64,000 bases of DNA from Deltaproteobacteria bacterium (GTDB lineage: Bacteria > Myxococcota_A > Polyangia > Polyangiales > Houyiibacteriaceae). The DNA is taken from the NCBI GenBank assembly GCA_034670305.1, contig JAXMNT010000006.1:96001-160000 (forward strand). The letters are read 5' to 3'. The notes under the pieces are model-generated. The model was not told the DNA's origin. It worked only from the letters and a program-made list of their open reading frames with translations, and ran no database searches. Of the stretch, positions 63,274-64,000 are shown one piece after another. Numbering within the stretch: position 1 is the first letter of the stretch; each line of letters begins with the position of its first letter. Both the position numbers and the translations under genes were made by a program.

Positions 63274-64000
63274 GCGTGCGCGAGCCGAAGCTCAGCGACG
63301 TGGCGACGCGGATCGAAGCCGCCCGCTACGTGGTCGCGCTCACCGGTGCTGGGGTGTCGACCGAGAGCGGCATTCCGGACTTCCGGAGCGACGCCGGGCT
63401 CTGGGCCGAGCACGATCCCATGGAGGTCTCCAGCATCGAGGGCTTTCGCGCGGACGCCGCGCGCTTCTACGATTTCTGGCGGGACGCGCTGGGCCCGCTC
63501 GTCCATGCAGAACCGAGCCCGGCCCACCGGCTGCTCGCGCACCTCGAAGCGCGTGGACGCGTGCAAGCGGTCGTCACCCAGAACGTGGACGGACTGCACC
63601 AGCGGGCCGGTTCGCGGCACGTCCTCGAAGTGCACGGAACGTTTCAGACGGTCCGCTGCCTCGACTGTGGCCACGTGCTCGGGCTCGACGTGGTCTTCGA
63701 GACGCCGCCTCACACCGCGCCGGTCTGTCCCGCGTGCGACAAGGCCCAGCTGAAACCCGACGTCGTGCTCTTCGGGGAGATGTTGCCGCCGGTGTTCGCG
63801 GTGGCGGAGACCGAAGTGCGGCAGGCGGATCTCTTGCTGGTGCTCGGCACCTCGCTGACGGTGCACCCCGTTGCGGGACTCGTACCGCTCGCCAAACTGA
63901 ACGGTGCCCAAGTGGTGTTGCTCAACCGGGACGCGACGCCTTTCGACGAGGACGCGGACGTCGTCGTCCACGGAGAACTCGGCGCCATGTGCACCTCGCT
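63270..64000 (+). CDS. cobB: NAD-dependent protein deacylase, sirtuin family (3' partial; absent from the ORF track)
   Basis: ATGA overlap; GAGVSTESGIPDFRS, TQNVDGLHQRAGS, HG, Zn-finger CxxC pairs, KPDVVLFGE, GTSL.V.P. Confidence 0.9.
   Translation, partial: MSVREPKLSDVATRIEAARYVVALTGAGVSTESGIPDFRSDAGLWAEHDPMEVSSIEGFRADAARFYDFWRDALGPLVHAEPSPAHRLLAHLEARGRVQAVVTQNVDGLHQRAGSRHVLEVHGTFQTVRCLDCGHVLGLDVVFETPPHTAPVCPACDKAQLKPDVVLFGEMLPPVFAVAETEVRQADLLLVLGTSLTVHPVAGLVPLAKLNGAQVVLLNRDATPFDEDADVVVHGELGAMCTS

Overview
High-GC (roughly 70% by eye) bacterial chromosomal window whose gene content (Cys-rich lipoproteins with DAG/DAP linkers, MopE-motif/RCC1 protein, kinase-FGE fusion, TSP3-OmpA) suggests a myxobacterium (Polyangiales/Sandaracinaceae-like; inference). 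Bases 1-15.4 kb form an accessory region ending at the 3' end of a tRNA-fMet gene. It holds a ~0.5-kb inversion that splits two genes (a YHYH-domain gene and its operon partner) and a 5'-truncated Rhs toxin whose papain/C39-like protease tip is cut off by a 1-base frameshift at a G6 tract, followed by a probable immunity gene. It also holds a long HUH/Y1 (RAYT-like) transposase beside a composite repeat array, and a ~70-bp hairpin element found inside two different ORFs. The rest is mostly core or semi-core: kinase-FGE, an internally deleted macro-domain gene, an HDAC/AblB-like divergent pair, thiD, LysM-M23, a czc-type RND operon, topo IV A-then-B, a Zn-finger ParA plus RHH partner, hutUI, guaBA, a CinA-like gene and a sirtuin (cut by the window end). 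About ten intergenic hexamer tracts, (GCCGAN)n and (GCCCKT)n, punctuate the window. All calls come from reading motifs; no database searches were run.
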